DNA of 63,508 nt, the filler included, from Octopus bimaculoides (Eukaryota): assembly GCF_001194135.2 (NCBI RefSeq). It is 5 parts of 5 records of this genome, joined end to end, with 100 filler letters (N's around TTAATTAATTAA, not from the genome) between each part and the next. Parts side by side here need not be neighbours in the genome. Positions count along the whole stretch, not along the records: positions 56,325 to 63,508 come from NC_068988.1; 4 more parts are not named here. One strand, given 5' to 3'. Under the pieces are notes generated by a model that ran no database searches, was not told the DNA's origin, and worked only from the letters and a program-made list of their open reading frames with translations. The position numbers and the translations under genes were made by a program. Positions 62,786-63,508 of the stretch are shown here, piece by piece. The number at the start of each line of letters is the position of its first letter. Positions within the stretch are counted from its first letter, which is position 1.

Positions 62786-63192
62786 CCTACTGCACCTCAT
62801 ATAATGTAACTGATGTAAACACCTAGACTTTACACGTGTGCACAAGTTTCTCTTTGAAAATAGGTTCTTACTTTCCCTTTTCAAGCGTGGGAAAATATTT
62901 TACTTTATTCCCATTTAGATGTTTCTGTGTCAAAAAAAGAACAATAGAGAAGAATAGAGAAGCATTTGCTCATGAAATTGGGAGGGGTCTTTTATAAAAC
63001 ACTCCTCCTGATTAATCATTATTAAACACTGAAGAAAGAATAGTAAAGAAAAGAAGATGAAAGATTGACGTATAGAGTCACGTTAGTTAATTAATGAATG
63101 ATAATTAATGAGCCCTTTCTTGCATTTTCAGCATTTATGGAATTTATCCGTGTTTTTATTTGTTAAACACATGTACTTTTATCTATATAGGT

Positions 63193-63270
63193 CAGACATA
63201 CCCACCATTGCCCGTGGATGACAACCGGGCCGTGGATCATTTGGTACCGGACCGCGCAGAAAGAATAAAT
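63193..63270 (+). mobile_element. hAT-like element terminal fragment
   Basis: CCCGTGGATGACAACCGGGCCGTGGATCATTTGGTACCGGACCGCGCAGAAAG resembles Charlie-type subterminal GGACCGGTACCGGTCCGTGG motifs. Confidence 0.4.
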
Positions 63271-63463
63271 TTTAAAATATTTATCTTTGTGTTAATGACT
63301 ATCGCACTCTACAGAGTTTTTGTATTAGACATGTATTATATATATACGGACTATGACCCAATAGCGTATATTTCAGAAAGTTTATTGTGTCATTTTACCT
63401 ATTTTTTCACTTGTGCCATTTTTACCGTGCCATTTATACCTGTGCTATTTTTACGTAAATTCA

Positions 63464-63508
<45 letters not shown>

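Overview
AT-rich eukaryotic DNA from a gapped draft assembly, saturated with microsatellites. The SINE families and repeat density look like an octopus (coleoid cephalopod) genome; this is an inference from recalled repeat sequences, not a database result. No intact protein-coding gene can be supported, and most ORF-track entries are translations of microsatellites or N runs. The window is intronic/intergenic and contains: at least four recurring short-retroelement families (labelled A, B, E, F; tRNA-like heads, some with clean TSDs) plus an RTE-like 3' tail family (D); decayed transposase fragments (mariner/Tc1, hAT); decayed non-LTR fragments (three R4/Dong-like RT/RLE pieces, one CR1/L2-like piece); a perfect Tc1/mariner MITE; and a hAT MITE. 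The main finding is a set of minimal type-I hammerhead-ribozyme motifs. One is fully canonical (62096-62141, minus). Two are diverged copies of one shared family (49197-49249 plus, 59543-59585 minus). One is a CCGACGA core variant (55024-55058, minus), and a few more are decayed. Together they suggest several Penelope-like/retrozyme-like self-cleaving retroelement families. Four 100-bp N44-TTAATTAATTAA-N44 spacers are assembly joins, so adjacency across them is unproven.
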